Of a DNA stretch of 64,000 bases, positions 17,489 through 26,930 are shown piece after piece; position 1 is the stretch's first letter; each line of letters starts with the position of its first letter. The notes under the pieces are model-generated. The model was not told where the DNA came from, searched no databases, and saw only the letters and a list, made by a program, of their open reading frames with translations. The position numbers were made by a program, and so were the translations under genes. The DNA is from Actinomycetota bacterium (GTDB lineage: Bacteria; Actinomycetota; Thermoleophilia; RBG-16-64-13). Where the stretch lies: the NCBI GenBank assembly GCA_012523095.1, contig JAAYJE010000038.1, positions 40,244-104,243 of the forward strand, read 5' to 3'.

Positions 17489-20140
17489 ATGGCCAAAGGG
17501 GAACGCGCAAAGGTCGACGTGAGTGTCGACAAAACAACGATCAAGAACCTCGCGATGGGGGGCCTTTTGGGAGGAGGCGGCGAGTGCTTCGTGGATGTCA
17601 AAGATGGGAAAGCGATCCGTATCAGACCCTTCAAATACGACTGGAAGTGCGACTACGACTCGCTCAGACCGTGGAAGATCGAGCGTAACGGCGAGACGCT
17701 GCAGCCGCTGCCCAAGGCCTTGCCGGCCCCGTTCTCTCTCGCGTACAAGAAGAGGACCTTTTCCCCCAACCGTATCAAGTTCCCTTTGAAGCGGGTGGAC
17801 TGGGACCCGAATGGAGCACCCGGGTCCACCGGGCCCGGCGGCCGCAACACCCAGAACCGTGGCAAGAGCAAGTTCGTGAGGATCTCGTGGGACGAAGCCA
17901 TTGACCTTGTCGCCTCGGAGGTCAAGCGCGTCCATAAGGAATACGGCCCGCTCGCCATCCTGGCGCAGGGTGACGGCCACGGAGAGTGCAAGACCATCCA
18001 CACACCGCACGGCCATCAGGCCCGCCTGCTCGATATGATGGGGGGCTTCACGCAGCAGGTGCGCAACCCCGACAGCTGGGAGGGCTGGTACTGGGGCGCG
18101 AAGCACGTGTGGGGGCAGGGCTTCCAAGGCATGATGTCACCGGCGGCCAACCTCACCAAGGACATCTCCGAACACTCCACCATGGTCCTCAAATGGGGCT
18201 GCGACGAAGAGACCACGCCCTGGGGTTTCACCGGCCAGTATGCTACCCGCATCTCGCAGTTCTGGACGCGGGCCGGCATCAAGCAGGTGTATATCTGCCC
18301 CGACCTCAACTACGCCGCCGCCGTCCACGCCGACAAATGGATCCCGGTGCTCCCTAACACAGACGCCGCGCTCCAGCTGGCCATCATCTACGTGTGGCTG
18401 ACCGAGGACACCTGGGACAGAGAGTACGTCGAGACGCACGCGGTAGGCATGGACAAGGTGGCCGCCTACGTGCTGGGCGAGGACCAGGAGGGTATCCCCA
18501 AGACGCCTGAATGGGCCTCGAAGAGGTGCGGCGTGCCGGAGTGGACCATCAAAGCCCTGGCCCGCCAGTTCGCCAAGAACACCACATCCATCATCCACTA
18601 TTTCGGCGGCTCGGCTTTCCGGGGTCCATACTCACATGAGCCCGGCCGTCTGGAGTGCATCCTTCTCGGCATGCAGGGGCTCGGCAGACCAGGCGTTCAC
18701 CAGTGCCAGATGACGTACTTCGGTATGCCCCGCGCGGAGGGGTTGGGCAGCATCCGTTTCTTCAACCCTGAGTTGCCCGAGCGGCTCACGAAGCCCTGCT
18801 GGACCACGGTGCATTCGTGGGGTCCACAGCTCATCCCCAAGACACTCATCCAGGACGCCATCCTCAAACCACCCCTGGTATTCCACGGCGCCGGCGGCCA
18901 GGAGAGCCCGACCGAGGAGCAGTTCGACCGCTACACTTATCCCATCGCGAAGGAAAAGGGCGGCGTCCCCATCCACATGATCTGGACCGACACGCCCTGC
19001 CGCATCACCTGCTGGAACCACGGCAACTGGACCATCGAAGCTTTCAAGGATCCCAGCATAGAGTGTGTGGTCGCACAGCACCCGTGGATGGAGAACGAAT
19101 GCCTCTACGCCGACATCGTGTTACCGGCCAACACCACCCTCGAGGTGGAGGACATCGTCACCACCACCCGGCAGGGACCTCACTTCGCAAGCGTCTCCAT
19201 CCAGGAGCAGTCCATTCTGCCGATCGGCGAGTCGAAGAGCGACTACGAGATCGTGGCCGCCATCGCTGAAGAGCTGGGCTACGGCGAAGAGTTCACTGGG
19301 GACATGAGCACGTACGATCTCCAGAAGCTCGTGTTCGACAGCATGCACCTGGACAAGCTCACCACGTGGGAGGACTTCTACGAGAAGAAGACCTACGTGT
19401 ACAAGACGGCTCCCGACTGGGAGGACGACCCGCCCGGCTTGCGCAAGTTCTACGAGGATCCCAAGAACAACCCGCTCCCGACTCCGAGCGGCCTTCTGGA
19501 GTTCTATTCCGCTCGACTGGCCGAGCACTTCCCTGACGATAAGGAGCGGCCGCCGTTACCGAAGTGGATCGAGAAGGGCGTCACTCACGACGAAGCCCTG
19601 TCGAGCGAACGGGCGGCCATGTTCCCGCTGCTTCTGATCTCCAACCATCCGCGCTGGCGCACACACGCCCAGGGTGACGACAACAGCTGGGCCCGGGAGA
19701 CCCCTACCGGCAAGGTGCTGGGCTTCGACGGCTACAAGTACGAGCCTATCTGGATCAACCCTGTTGATGCTGATGAGCGTGGCATCAACGACGGCGACGT
19801 GGTCAAGATCTTCAACGAGCGTGGCGTCGTACTCGTCGGCGCCCGCGTCTGGGAGCGGATCAAACCCGGCGTGGTTTATGTAGACCACGGCGCCCGGCAT
19901 GACCCGCTGGTGCCGGGCAAGGTATGCCGCGGAGGCGCCATCAACACTATCGCCCCCAATGGGATCACCTCCAAGAACGCCGTCGGCCAGGCCACAAGTG
20001 GTTACCTGGTCGACGTGCAGAAGGTGAAGAACGAGGAATGGGAGGAGTGGCGTAGGGACCATCCCGAAGCCTTCGCACGGGTCTACGACCCGGGTGCCGG
20101 TTTACGCTTCGACGCATGGATCGAAGGAGGCGACAAATGA
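17489..20140 (+). CDS. Molybdopterin-dependent large (alpha) subunit of the transhydroxylase family, copy 2
   Basis: 883 aa with no Cys4 N-motif and no Tat signal. It shares NGAPGSTGPGGRN.QNRG, PDSWEGWYWG, GIPKTPEWA, VLPANTTLEVEDI and SDYEIVAAIAEELG blocks with copy 1. Confidence 0.8.
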   Translation: MAKGERAKVDVSVDKTTIKNLAMGGLLGGGGECFVDVKDGKAIRIRPFKYDWKCDYDSLRPWKIERNGETLQPLPKALPAPFSLAYKKRTFSPNRIKFPLKRVDWDPNGAPGSTGPGGRNTQNRGKSKFVRISWDEAIDLVASEVKRVHKEYGPLAILAQGDGHGECKTIHTPHGHQARLLDMMGGFTQQVRNPDSWEGWYWGAKHVWGQGFQGMMSPAANLTKDISEHSTMVLKWGCDEETTPWGFTGQYATRISQFWTRAGIKQVYICPDLNYAAAVHADKWIPVLPNTDAALQLAIIYVWLTEDTWDREYVETHAVGMDKVAAYVLGEDQEGIPKTPEWASKRCGVPEWTIKALARQFAKNTTSIIHYFGGSAFRGPYSHEPGRLECILLGMQGLGRPGVHQCQMTYFGMPRAEGLGSIRFFNPELPERLTKPCWTTVHSWGPQLIPKTLIQDAILKPPLVFHGAGGQESPTEEQFDRYTYPIAKEKGGVPIHMIWTDTPCRITCWNHGNWTIEAFKDPSIECVVAQHPWMENECLYADIVLPANTTLEVEDIVTTTRQGPHFASVSIQEQSILPIGESKSDYEIVAAIAEELGYGEEFTGDMSTYDLQKLVFDSMHLDKLTTWEDFYEKKTYVYKTAPDWEDDPPGLRKFYEDPKNNPLPTPSGLLEFYSARLAEHFPDDKERPPLPKWIEKGVTHDEALSSERAAMFPLLLISNHPRWRTHAQGDDNSWARETPTGKVLGFDGYKYEPIWINPVDADERGINDGDVVKIFNERGVVLVGARVWERIKPGVVYVDHGARHDPLVPGKVCRGGAINTIAPNGITSKNAVGQATSGYLVDVQKVKNEEWEEWRRDHPEAFARVYDPGAGLRFDAWIEGGDK

Positions 20141-20955
20141 AGGTCTTCGTCATCGATGTCGGCCTTTGTGTAGGCTGCTACGCCTGCCAGTTCGTCTGCA
20201 AGGACGAGCACGTGGGCAACGACTGGTCGCCGATCGCCAAGCCCCAGCCCGACACCGGCCAGTTCTGGATGCGGCTGGACGAACACATCCGCGGCACGGT
20301 CCCCAAGGTGGAGATGCATTACGTGCCGAACCCCTGCATGCACTGTGACGAGGCCCCCTGCATCCCGCCCTGCCCCATCGAGGGAGCCATCTATAAGCGC
20401 GACGACGGGCTGGTGATCATCGACTCGATGAAGTGTACGGGGTGTAGGTTATGTGTCGACGCCTGCCCCTACGACGCCATCTACTTCAACGACGACTTGA
20501 ATCTGGCCCAGAAGTGTACAGGCTGCGCCCATCTCCTCGACGGCGGTGAATGGATGGTCCCGCGCTGCGTCGACGCCTGTCCCACTGAGGCCATCAAGTT
20601 CGGTGAAGAGAGCGAGTTCGCTGCCGAGATAGCGAAGGCCGAAGTGCTGAAGCCCGAGCTGGGCCACAAACCGCGCGTCTATTACCTCAACATCCCGAAG
20701 AAGTTCATCGCGGGCACCGTATACGATCCGGTTGCTAAGGAGATCATCGAGGGCGCCACCTGCACGCTCACGAACGGCAACGACAAGGCCCTCACCGCCA
20801 CGACCGACGGCTTCGGCGACTTCTGGTTCCGGGGGCTCCCCGACGACGCCTCTTACAAGCTGAGCGTCTCGGCCCCGGGCTTCAGAACCAAGACGATGGA
20901 GGACATCCGCACCGAGAAAGACGTCAATCTAGGCGACATAGCGCTTGCCAAGTAA
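20137..20955 (+). CDS. Transhydroxylase-family small (beta) FeS subunit, copy 2
   Basis: ATG at 20137 overlaps the alpha stop (ATGA) with GGAGG 6 nt upstream; the track ORF starts earlier at 20116. Motifs MKVFVIDVGLCVGCYACQFVC, PCMHCDEAPC, CTGCRLCVDACPY, CTGCAH...CVDACPTEA, plus C-terminal GFGDFWFRGL...VNLGDIAL domain. Confidence 0.8.
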   Translation: MKVFVIDVGLCVGCYACQFVCKDEHVGNDWSPIAKPQPDTGQFWMRLDEHIRGTVPKVEMHYVPNPCMHCDEAPCIPPCPIEGAIYKRDDGLVIIDSMKCTGCRLCVDACPYDAIYFNDDLNLAQKCTGCAHLLDGGEWMVPRCVDACPTEAIKFGEESEFAAEIAKAEVLKPELGHKPRVYYLNIPKKFIAGTVYDPVAKEIIEGATCTLTNGNDKALTATTDGFGDFWFRGLPDDASYKLSVSAPGFRTKTMEDIRTEKDVNLGDIALAK

Positions 20956-20992
20956 TGACCTGATCAGTCTCTCGCGCGGACGTCGAAACAAA

Positions 20993-21028
20993 GGCCCCCT
21001 GCCGCAGGTCACGGCAGGGGGCCTTTTT
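20993..21028. terminator. Rho-independent terminator hairpin (12-bp GC stem, 7-nt loop, T5 tail), probably bidirectional between convergent genes
   Basis: ggccccctgccg caggtca cggcagggggcc ttttt immediately after the 20955 stop. The minus-strand gene ends at 21086. Confidence 0.6.
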
Positions 21029-21085
21029 CTTCCCACGGTGGTCTCGCACGGGTTCCCCGTGAAAGGTCCGCTACAGCGAGATAGG

Positions 21086-22216
21086 TTACCTCGATCTTGC
21101 CGGGTCGGCGTCTATCAGGCCCTCGAGTCCGTGAGAGAGCTCCTGCAGCTTTCTGGCCTGCTCCTCCACCTCCCTGGTGGCTGCCACCGACTGCTTCTCC
21201 GCCTCGTTGATGCTGGACATGGCCTTGCCGATCTGCTCCACACCCGCCAGCTGTTGACCGCTCGCGGTGGAGATGTCCGTCGTCGCTTCGGCGGTCCTGG
21301 TCGCCGCCTCCATCCTCTCACTGATGTTCTCCAGAGCCTTGTTGGCTTCGAGCCTGCCCATCTCCACGGTCTCCCGACCCTGTTCCGCAGCCTGGACAAC
21401 CACGTCGCTGGCCTTCTGGATCTCGCCGAGGACCGCCCGCACCTGCGCGACCGCCTGTTTGGATTGCTCGGCCAGGCTCTTGACCTCTTGGGCGACCACG
21501 GTGAAGCCTTTGCCGGCCTCTCCGGCCTTGGCCGCTTCGATCGATGCGTTCACGGAGAGCAGATTGGATTGCTCGGCGATATCGTTGACCGTGGCGATTA
21601 CCTCTCCCACCGACTCGTTCTGCTCCTTCAGCCGATCTATGGCCTCCGCCACCACGCCCATATCGCGGTGTATCTGTTCGAAATGATCGAAGTTCCTTCT
21701 TGCCGACTCAGCACCGAATCTCGACTTCTCCACCACACTCTGTGAAACCTCCGAGGCCTCAGAAGCCTTCTCTCGGGTCAGCGCCGCCGTCTGCCTGACT
21801 TCTTCCACCGTGACCGTGGTCTCGTTCGTGGCTGTCGCCGTCTGCGCAGCCGCGGCCGCGACCTGCGACGAAACGGCCAGCAGTCCGGCCGCGGCCTCAG
21901 CGATACTGGTGACGGCGGCCCGAAGTCGGCGGCGGATCCCACGGCTGAGGGCCACGGTCCCCACGCCGCTCAGCGCCACCGCCACAGCCGCAAGAACAAC
22001 TATGGCGATCAAGAACACGGTGGCCGTGCCGTCCAGCGTGTCCAACATGCCTTGGAGTGTCTGATCCCCCGAGACTCCTGCCTGTCCGGCCGACTTGACG
22101 AAGTCCCCATGCCAAGACCTGACCCAGACCATGGCGCCGATGCCGACACCTGCCACCGCCAGCGTCAATACCAAGGGGCCGACCATCGCAGTCGTGATAC
22201 GCCGTCCGATCGTCAT
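21086..22216 (-). CDS. methyl-accepting chemotaxis protein (two TM helices, short periplasmic loop, MCP signalling domain)
   Basis: Conserved MCP signalling-domain core (..[32 protein letters not shown]..) and two hydrophobic segments near the N-terminus. ATG at 22216 with GGAGGA RBS; the track start at 22297 is rejected. Confidence 0.8.
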   Translation of the reverse strand: MTIGRRITTAMVGPLVLTLAVAGVGIGAMVWVRSWHGDFVKSAGQAGVSGDQTLQGMLDTLDGTATVFLIAIVVLAAVAVALSGVGTVALSRGIRRRLRAAVTSIAEAAAGLLAVSSQVAAAAAQTATATNETTVTVEEVRQTAALTREKASEASEVSQSVVEKSRFGAESARRNFDHFEQIHRDMGVVAEAIDRLKEQNESVGEVIATVNDIAEQSNLLSVNASIEAAKAGEAGKGFTVVAQEVKSLAEQSKQAVAQVRAVLGEIQKASDVVVQAAEQGRETVEMGRLEANKALENISERMEAATRTAEATTDISTASGQQLAGVEQIGKAMSSINEAEKQSVAATREVEEQARKLQELSHGLEGLIDADPARSR

Positions 22217-22417
22217 CTCACGTCCTCCCTCTCTTGCCCTCGACCCGCACCTTTGCTGGTCGTCAAGAGGCATGCCTCCTGCGTCTATTTCGTCCACGCA
22301 GGCCGATTTCCCCCAAGGACTTGCCTGCGCCCCAGGGTCCGGCCATCGAAACAGGTGCTGAAGACGACGAGGCGTCCGGAAGGAGTGATGCCTCTCCCCG
22401 TCCGTGTCGACGGACGT

Positions 22418-23233
22418 CTACCCCCAGCTTGAGCCGTATTGCCCGATCGCCGCCGCAAACGCGTCGATGAAGTGGACGCCTCCGTCGACGAGTATGGTGG
22501 ATCCGGTCATGAAGTTGGAGTCCTCACCGGCCAGGAATACGAACAACCCGGCGATATCAGTCGGAGTCGCGATGCGGTGCAGAGGCACGTGGCCGGCCAT
22601 GGTCGCGAAGACACCGTCCATGTCGGTGTTGAGGACCTCGGCCATCGGTTCGAAGTTGCTTTCAAGCATAGCCGTGCGCACCGGCCCCGGGCAGACCACG
22701 TTGCATCGCACGTTGTTCTTGCCGTAGTCGAGAGCCACCTGCTTGGTCAGATGGATCAGGCCGGCCTTGGTGGTGCAGTAGGCGGGTCCTCCGGGTACGG
22801 CCACCACTCCGGCCAGCGACGCCACGTTGATGATCGAGCCGCCTCCAGCCTTGGCCATCTCAGGGATGGCGGCCTTCATCATCAGGAAGGGGCCCGTCAG
22901 GTTCACCTCAAGCATCTGGCGCCAAGCCGCCGGGTCCATGTCGACAACCCCGGCGTTCATCTCGATAGCAGCGTTGTTGACCAAGATGTCGAGCCGCCCC
23001 GTGAAGCCGAGCGCCGCCTCGACCATCTTGCCGGCGTTGCCGTCCTCCGTCACGTCTCCGCAGAAGACCGTGACGCTGTCCGTGGGCAGTAACGCGGCCA
23101 CCTCGTCCAGCTTCTCTCTACGCCGACCCGTGATGACGATCTTGGCGCCTTCCTCCACGAAACGCTTCGCGACCCCCGCGCCGATGCCGGTGCCGCCGCC
23201 GGTGATGAGTGCGACCTTGTTTTCTAGTTGCAT
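22418..23233 (-). CDS. SDR family oxidoreductase
   Basis: NKVALITGGGTGIGAGVA, NNAA, YCTTKAG. ATG at 23233 with AAGGGGA RBS, 10 nt after the upstream MBL gene stop. Confidence 0.75.
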   Translation of the reverse strand: MQLENKVALITGGGTGIGAGVAKRFVEEGAKIVITGRRREKLDEVAALLPTDSVTVFCGDVTEDGNAGKMVEAALGFTGRLDILVNNAAIEMNAGVVDMDPAAWRQMLEVNLTGPFLMMKAAIPEMAKAGGGSIINVASLAGVVAVPGGPAYCTTKAGLIHLTKQVALDYGKNNVRCNVVCPGPVRTAMLESNFEPMAEVLNTDMDGVFATMAGHVPLHRIATPTDIAGLFVFLAGEDSNFMTGSTILVDGGVHFIDAFAAAIGQYGSSWG

Positions 23234-23243
23234 TGCCGTCCCC

Positions 23244-24170
23244 TTACTCTCTGGGCGGGTCACCGTCGAACCCGCCGTTTGGATTCAAGAATATCTTCCC
23301 AGGTTCGCCGGGAAGAGGGGTGAGCCAATCGGGGCTGCTGTGGGGAAAGAGCAACCTCGCCTGCCAGTGGATGGCAAAATCCTCCGCTTTCACGTCCCCA
23401 TAGTACCTCGCCATGCCCTCGACCAGGTCCGCCCCGGTCTTGGCGATGTTATACATCTCCTCGTAGACATCCAGGTAGCGCACCGACCAGTCGACGCAGT
23501 CGGTATAGGTGCGAGAGGTGTCCTCCTGCACATCCTCCAAGATGCGTAACTTGGCTTCGTCGCAGTGACCTGGGATGACGATGCGGGGGTCGAATTCCAG
23601 GAGCTTCTTGATAGAGGCCCTCCACTTGACCCGTCGCTCCACGTTGCTTTCGATGGGCCATAGGTGACAGTCGTGGAAGGCCACATCAGTCGCACACAGG
23701 ACCCGGATCGACGGCGCCCAGACCACGGAGTTGTTGACGCTGTCTCCCTCCCAGCCGTCCGACACCAGCAGTTCTTCGCCCTCCAGTTCGAGACGAGGCT
23801 CGTGCATGGGCATAGGGATGATGGTCTTCGGTGGAATATCCGGCCCAAAACGATCTATTGCCCACATATCCACCTTGTCGCTCGAGGTGAACACCACATC
23901 TCTCACCACGCTCGGCAGCGCCACGATCTTGGCGTGCGGGAACGCATGCGCAAGGACGCTCAGCCCGAAATGGTGGTCGGGATGGAAGTGAGAGACATAT
24001 ATATGGGTGAGGTTCTTCCTCATCGGGATGATCTCCGCGATCATCCTGTGGGTGTCGCTCAGCAATTGGGACGCGTCGACAAGGACGGCGTCGCGCTCCC
24101 CATAGAACAACGTGGAGTTGCTGTTGAAACCCAGGTAGCTGTGAAGAAACACGCGGTATTTCAGCGTCAC
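23244..24170 (-). CDS. MBL-fold metallo-hydrolase
   Basis: HxHxDH motif YVSHFHPDHHFG with downstream His/Asp ligands. GTG start with GGAAGGGG RBS. Confidence 0.7.
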   Translation of the reverse strand: MTLKYRVFLHSYLGFNSNSTLFYGERDAVLVDASQLLSDTHRMIAEIIPMRKNLTHIYVSHFHPDHHFGLSVLAHAFPHAKIVALPSVVRDVVFTSSDKVDMWAIDRFGPDIPPKTIIPMPMHEPRLELEGEELLVSDGWEGDSVNNSVVWAPSIRVLCATDVAFHDCHLWPIESNVERRVKWRASIKKLLEFDPRIVIPGHCDEAKLRILEDVQEDTSRTYTDCVDWSVRYLDVYEEMYNIAKTGADLVEGMARYYGDVKAEDFAIHWQARLLFPHSSPDWLTPLPGEPGKIFLNPNGGFDGDPPRE

Positions 24171-24321
24171 ATCAACCCCTTCCTATCGACAGGCTGCAAA
24201 TCTTCTCCAGACCACGAGTACTCCTTGAAGATGTCCAGCATGATACCGGTTGCCTTGAGCGCATGCTCCCTTGGAATCGCAGCCAAGAGCCTTCCCGACG
24301 CAGGTGAAGGACGAGTCGCTG

Positions 24322-25155
24322 CTACGTCGGGTCCAAGTCCCGTCGCGAGTAACCCAGAAAAGCCGAGAGGTCGGTGGCCGTGGATTTGATCGCCTCGGCG
24401 TACTCGCGCTTCTCGTCGGGCCCAAACCGTCCTGCGGGTACGATGAGGGAGATGGCGGCGATCACTTTGCCGAGTTGGTCGCGCACCGGGGCTGCGACGG
24501 CACAGGTGCCTACATTGCGCTCCTCGATGTCAAACGCCACTTCCTCGCGCGCCACCCGTCCCAACTCCTTGGCCAGGACCTTCGGGTCGGTGATGGTGTG
24601 GGGAGTGAGTCGAGGATGATCGCCGGCCAAGATCTCAGCCTTTTCGGCTTCGGTCTTGAAGGCCGCGAAGATCTTACCGTTTGCGCTGGCCGTATCGCCG
24701 ATGATGCGGCCCACGGCGACCTCCCGTCTGAGCGGCCGCGGCGTATCCACCATATCGACGCTCACCGCCACCCCGTCCAACTCGATGGCCAGCGTAGCCG
24801 CTTCGCCCGTTTGCTCGGTCAGGTCCACTAGGTAAGGCCGCACGATCGCCGCGAGCTCCGAGTAGCCGCCCGACAAGTACATGGTGGCCAGCAACGCAGG
24901 ACCCAGGTGATACCGGTTGGTCACGGGATCCCGTACCAAATAGCGCGAAGACTCCATGGTCCGGATCATCCGGTAGGCCGTCATCCTTGGAAGGCCGGCG
25001 CCCTCAGCGATCTCGTCCAACGTCCATTCTCGGTTCTCAGCGTCGAACAGGCCAAGGATAGTAAGACCCTTCGCCAGGGCCCTCACCAAGAAGGCCCCGT
25101 CCGCACCTTCCGCGGACCCCGCCCGCTGTTCAGGTTTTGCAGTCGATTTGGCCAC
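24322..25155 (-). CDS. IclR family transcriptional regulator (second copy)
   Basis: ..FLVRALAKGLTILGLFDAENREWTLDEIAEGAGLPRMTAYRMIRTMESSRYL.. and IclR C-domain. Paralog of 16502-17362. GTG start. Confidence 0.75.
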   Translation of the reverse strand: MAKSTAKPEQRAGSAEGADGAFLVRALAKGLTILGLFDAENREWTLDEIAEGAGLPRMTAYRMIRTMESSRYLVRDPVTNRYHLGPALLATMYLSGGYSELAAIVRPYLVDLTEQTGEAATLAIELDGVAVSVDMVDTPRPLRREVAVGRIIGDTASANGKIFAAFKTEAEKAEILAGDHPRLTPHTITDPKVLAKELGRVAREEVAFDIEERNVGTCAVAAPVRDQLGKVIAAISLIVPAGRFGPDEKREYAEAIKSTATDLSAFLGYSRRDLDPT

Positions 25156-25201
25156 TCTGGCTCACACCCCTTCAGGCTTCACCACTCACACCGAAGCTCT
25201 C

Positions 25202-25990
25202 TCACACAAAGGCCATAGTCCCGCCGTCAGGATACAAGATGGTCCCGGTCACGAAGTCCGACGCGGCCGAGGCCAAGAAGACGGTCGGGCCGATGAGGTC
25301 GGGCACTGTGCCCATGCGGCCCATGGGCACATTCACAAGCATCTTCTCATAGCGGTCGGCTTCTCTGCGAACACGCTCCTCGGTCATGGGTGTGACGGTG
25401 ATTATCGGGGCGATGGCGTTCACCATGACCTTCTTCGAAGCCAATTCAACCGCCAACTGCTTCGTGAGCATGTCAACCGCGCCCTTGCTGGCGCAGTAAG
25501 CGAGATTGCCGCCCAGTGCGGCGCGCGCCCCACGTATCGAAGACAGATTGATGATCTTACCACCCCCGTGCTCAACCATGTGCTTCGCGAAGTGCTTGCA
25601 GCAGAGCATCACACCGCGGACGTTCACGCTGAAAAGATTGTCCCAATCTTCGAGAGGGAACTCCGTGGCCGGCGCCTTCACATTGAAACCCTGCGCGTTG
25701 ACGCCCACATGAATGCGGCCCATGTCTTCGACGGCGGCCGCGATTATCTCTTCGACGTTCTTCTCCTGGTCTTGGCCCGTCACCACCGGGTAGGTGAACA
25801 CCCTCTGCCCCGTGGTCGCGTGGATCTCTTCCACCGCGCTGTCGATGGCGTCCAGGTTGATGTCGGCGATACCCACCCGAGCGCCGAACACGACTAAACC
25901 CTGCGCCAACCCGCGCCCGATCCCGCCGGCGCCGCCCACCACCACGACATTCTTGCCTTTCAGGGAGAACAGGTCAGGCGATATTTCCAT
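25202..25990 (-). CDS. SDR family oxidoreductase; candidate phloroglucinol reductase-type enzyme
   Basis: GKNVVVVGGAGGIGRG, NAQG, YCASKGAV. First gene upstream of the IclR regulator and last of the HBD-like / BKACE / SDR operon. Confidence 0.7.
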   Translation of the reverse strand: MEISPDLFSLKGKNVVVVGGAGGIGRGLAQGLVVFGARVGIADINLDAIDSAVEEIHATTGQRVFTYPVVTGQDQEKNVEEIIAAAVEDMGRIHVGVNAQGFNVKAPATEFPLEDWDNLFSVNVRGVMLCCKHFAKHMVEHGGGKIINLSSIRGARAALGGNLAYCASKGAVDMLTKQLAVELASKKVMVNAIAPIITVTPMTEERVRREADRYEKMLVNVPMGRMGTVPDLIGPTVFLASAASDFVTGTILYPDGGTMAFV

Positions 25991-26067
25991 GGCCCTGCCA
26001 CCATCCTTTTTCCGTCAGATCTCGTTGCGAGGTTCCTGATCTTGTGAACTGTTGCATGCCGCTCACG

Positions 26068-26922
26068 CTACCGCTTCACAATGCCCAGCATCTGCCGGAC
26101 CTCGTCAGGGGTGGTGGGCTCTATGTTGAGCTCTCGAGCGATGCGGACCGACCGCTCCACCAACTGAGCGTTACTCTTCGCCAGCACGCCCCGCGAGTAG
26201 TAGATGTTGTCCTCGAGCCCCACTCGGATGGCGCCGCCCCTGATCATCGCCATGGTGGTGATAGGGAGTTGCGCGGCCGACGTCGCACAGCAGTTGAAGT
26301 AGCAGCCTTCGGGCAGGAATTCGATCATCGAATTGAGACTCTCGGGCGTCGCCTCCACCGCACCTTGGTACATCATGCCGAGTACGATGTTGACGTAGTA
26401 CGGCGGTTTGATGAGTTCCTTCTTGATGAGGTTGCTCACGTCCCGATACATGCTCTGCGAGTAGCACTCCATCTCGGGCTTGATGTCGAGTTCCCGCATC
26501 TTGGTCGCCCAAGCCTCGATGTCCTTGGTGAGGTTCGAGAATGGAGTGCCGGCGAATTCGCCCGTCTGCCGCATGAGCGTCCCCATGTTGAGCGAGGCCG
26601 ATTCAGGTTTGGCGTCAAGGCAGCGCACCCGCTCCTCGATGGTGAGGTTGGCTCCCCCGCCGGTAGAGAACTGGATGATGATGTCGCCGCATCTGCCCCG
26701 GACCGCCGCCAGTATCTCTTCGAACTTCTCTTTGGTGCCGGTAGGCTTGCCCTTCTCATCGCGGGCGTGGATGTGCACTATGGAGGCCCCGGCGTTGTAG
26801 CATTCAAGCGCAGCCTGGGCAATCTCCGCCGGCTGTTCGGGGACGTTAGGGTTCATATCTTTGGTGACCATCGCCCCGTTCAGCGAAGCGGTGACGATGA
26901 CCTTGCCGGCGGGCAGTTTCAT
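26068..26922 (-). CDS. BKACE family (beta-keto acid cleavage enzyme, DUF849 TIM barrel) protein; candidate triacetate acetoacetate-lyase type
   Basis: KVIVTASLNGAMVTKDMNPNVPEQPAEIAQAALECYNAGASIVHIHARD and later GGGANLTIEER, RVGLEDNIYY blocks are typical of 3-keto-5-aminohexanoate-cleavage-enzyme-like proteins. AGGAG RBS. Confidence 0.75.
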   Translation of the reverse strand: MKLPAGKVIVTASLNGAMVTKDMNPNVPEQPAEIAQAALECYNAGASIVHIHARDEKGKPTGTKEKFEEILAAVRGRCGDIIIQFSTGGGANLTIEERVRCLDAKPESASLNMGTLMRQTGEFAGTPFSNLTKDIEAWATKMRELDIKPEMECYSQSMYRDVSNLIKKELIKPPYYVNIVLGMMYQGAVEATPESLNSMIEFLPEGCYFNCCATSAAQLPITTMAMIRGGAIRVGLEDNIYYSRGVLAKSNAQLVERSVRIARELNIEPTTPDEVRQMLGIVKR

Positions 26923-26930
26923 GGTTGCTC

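Noticed and set aside
13853-20140. Twin-arginine signal peptides on the three molybdoenzyme catalytic subunits and FeS subunits
   Set aside because: N-termini inspected directly (MAERVFANCTNSG..., MAKGERAKVDVSV..., MAREVIYSTCKSCHGG..., MRWGMVINLAKC...). None has an S/T-R-R-x-F-L-K motif followed by a hydrophobic h-region, so no export is predicted.
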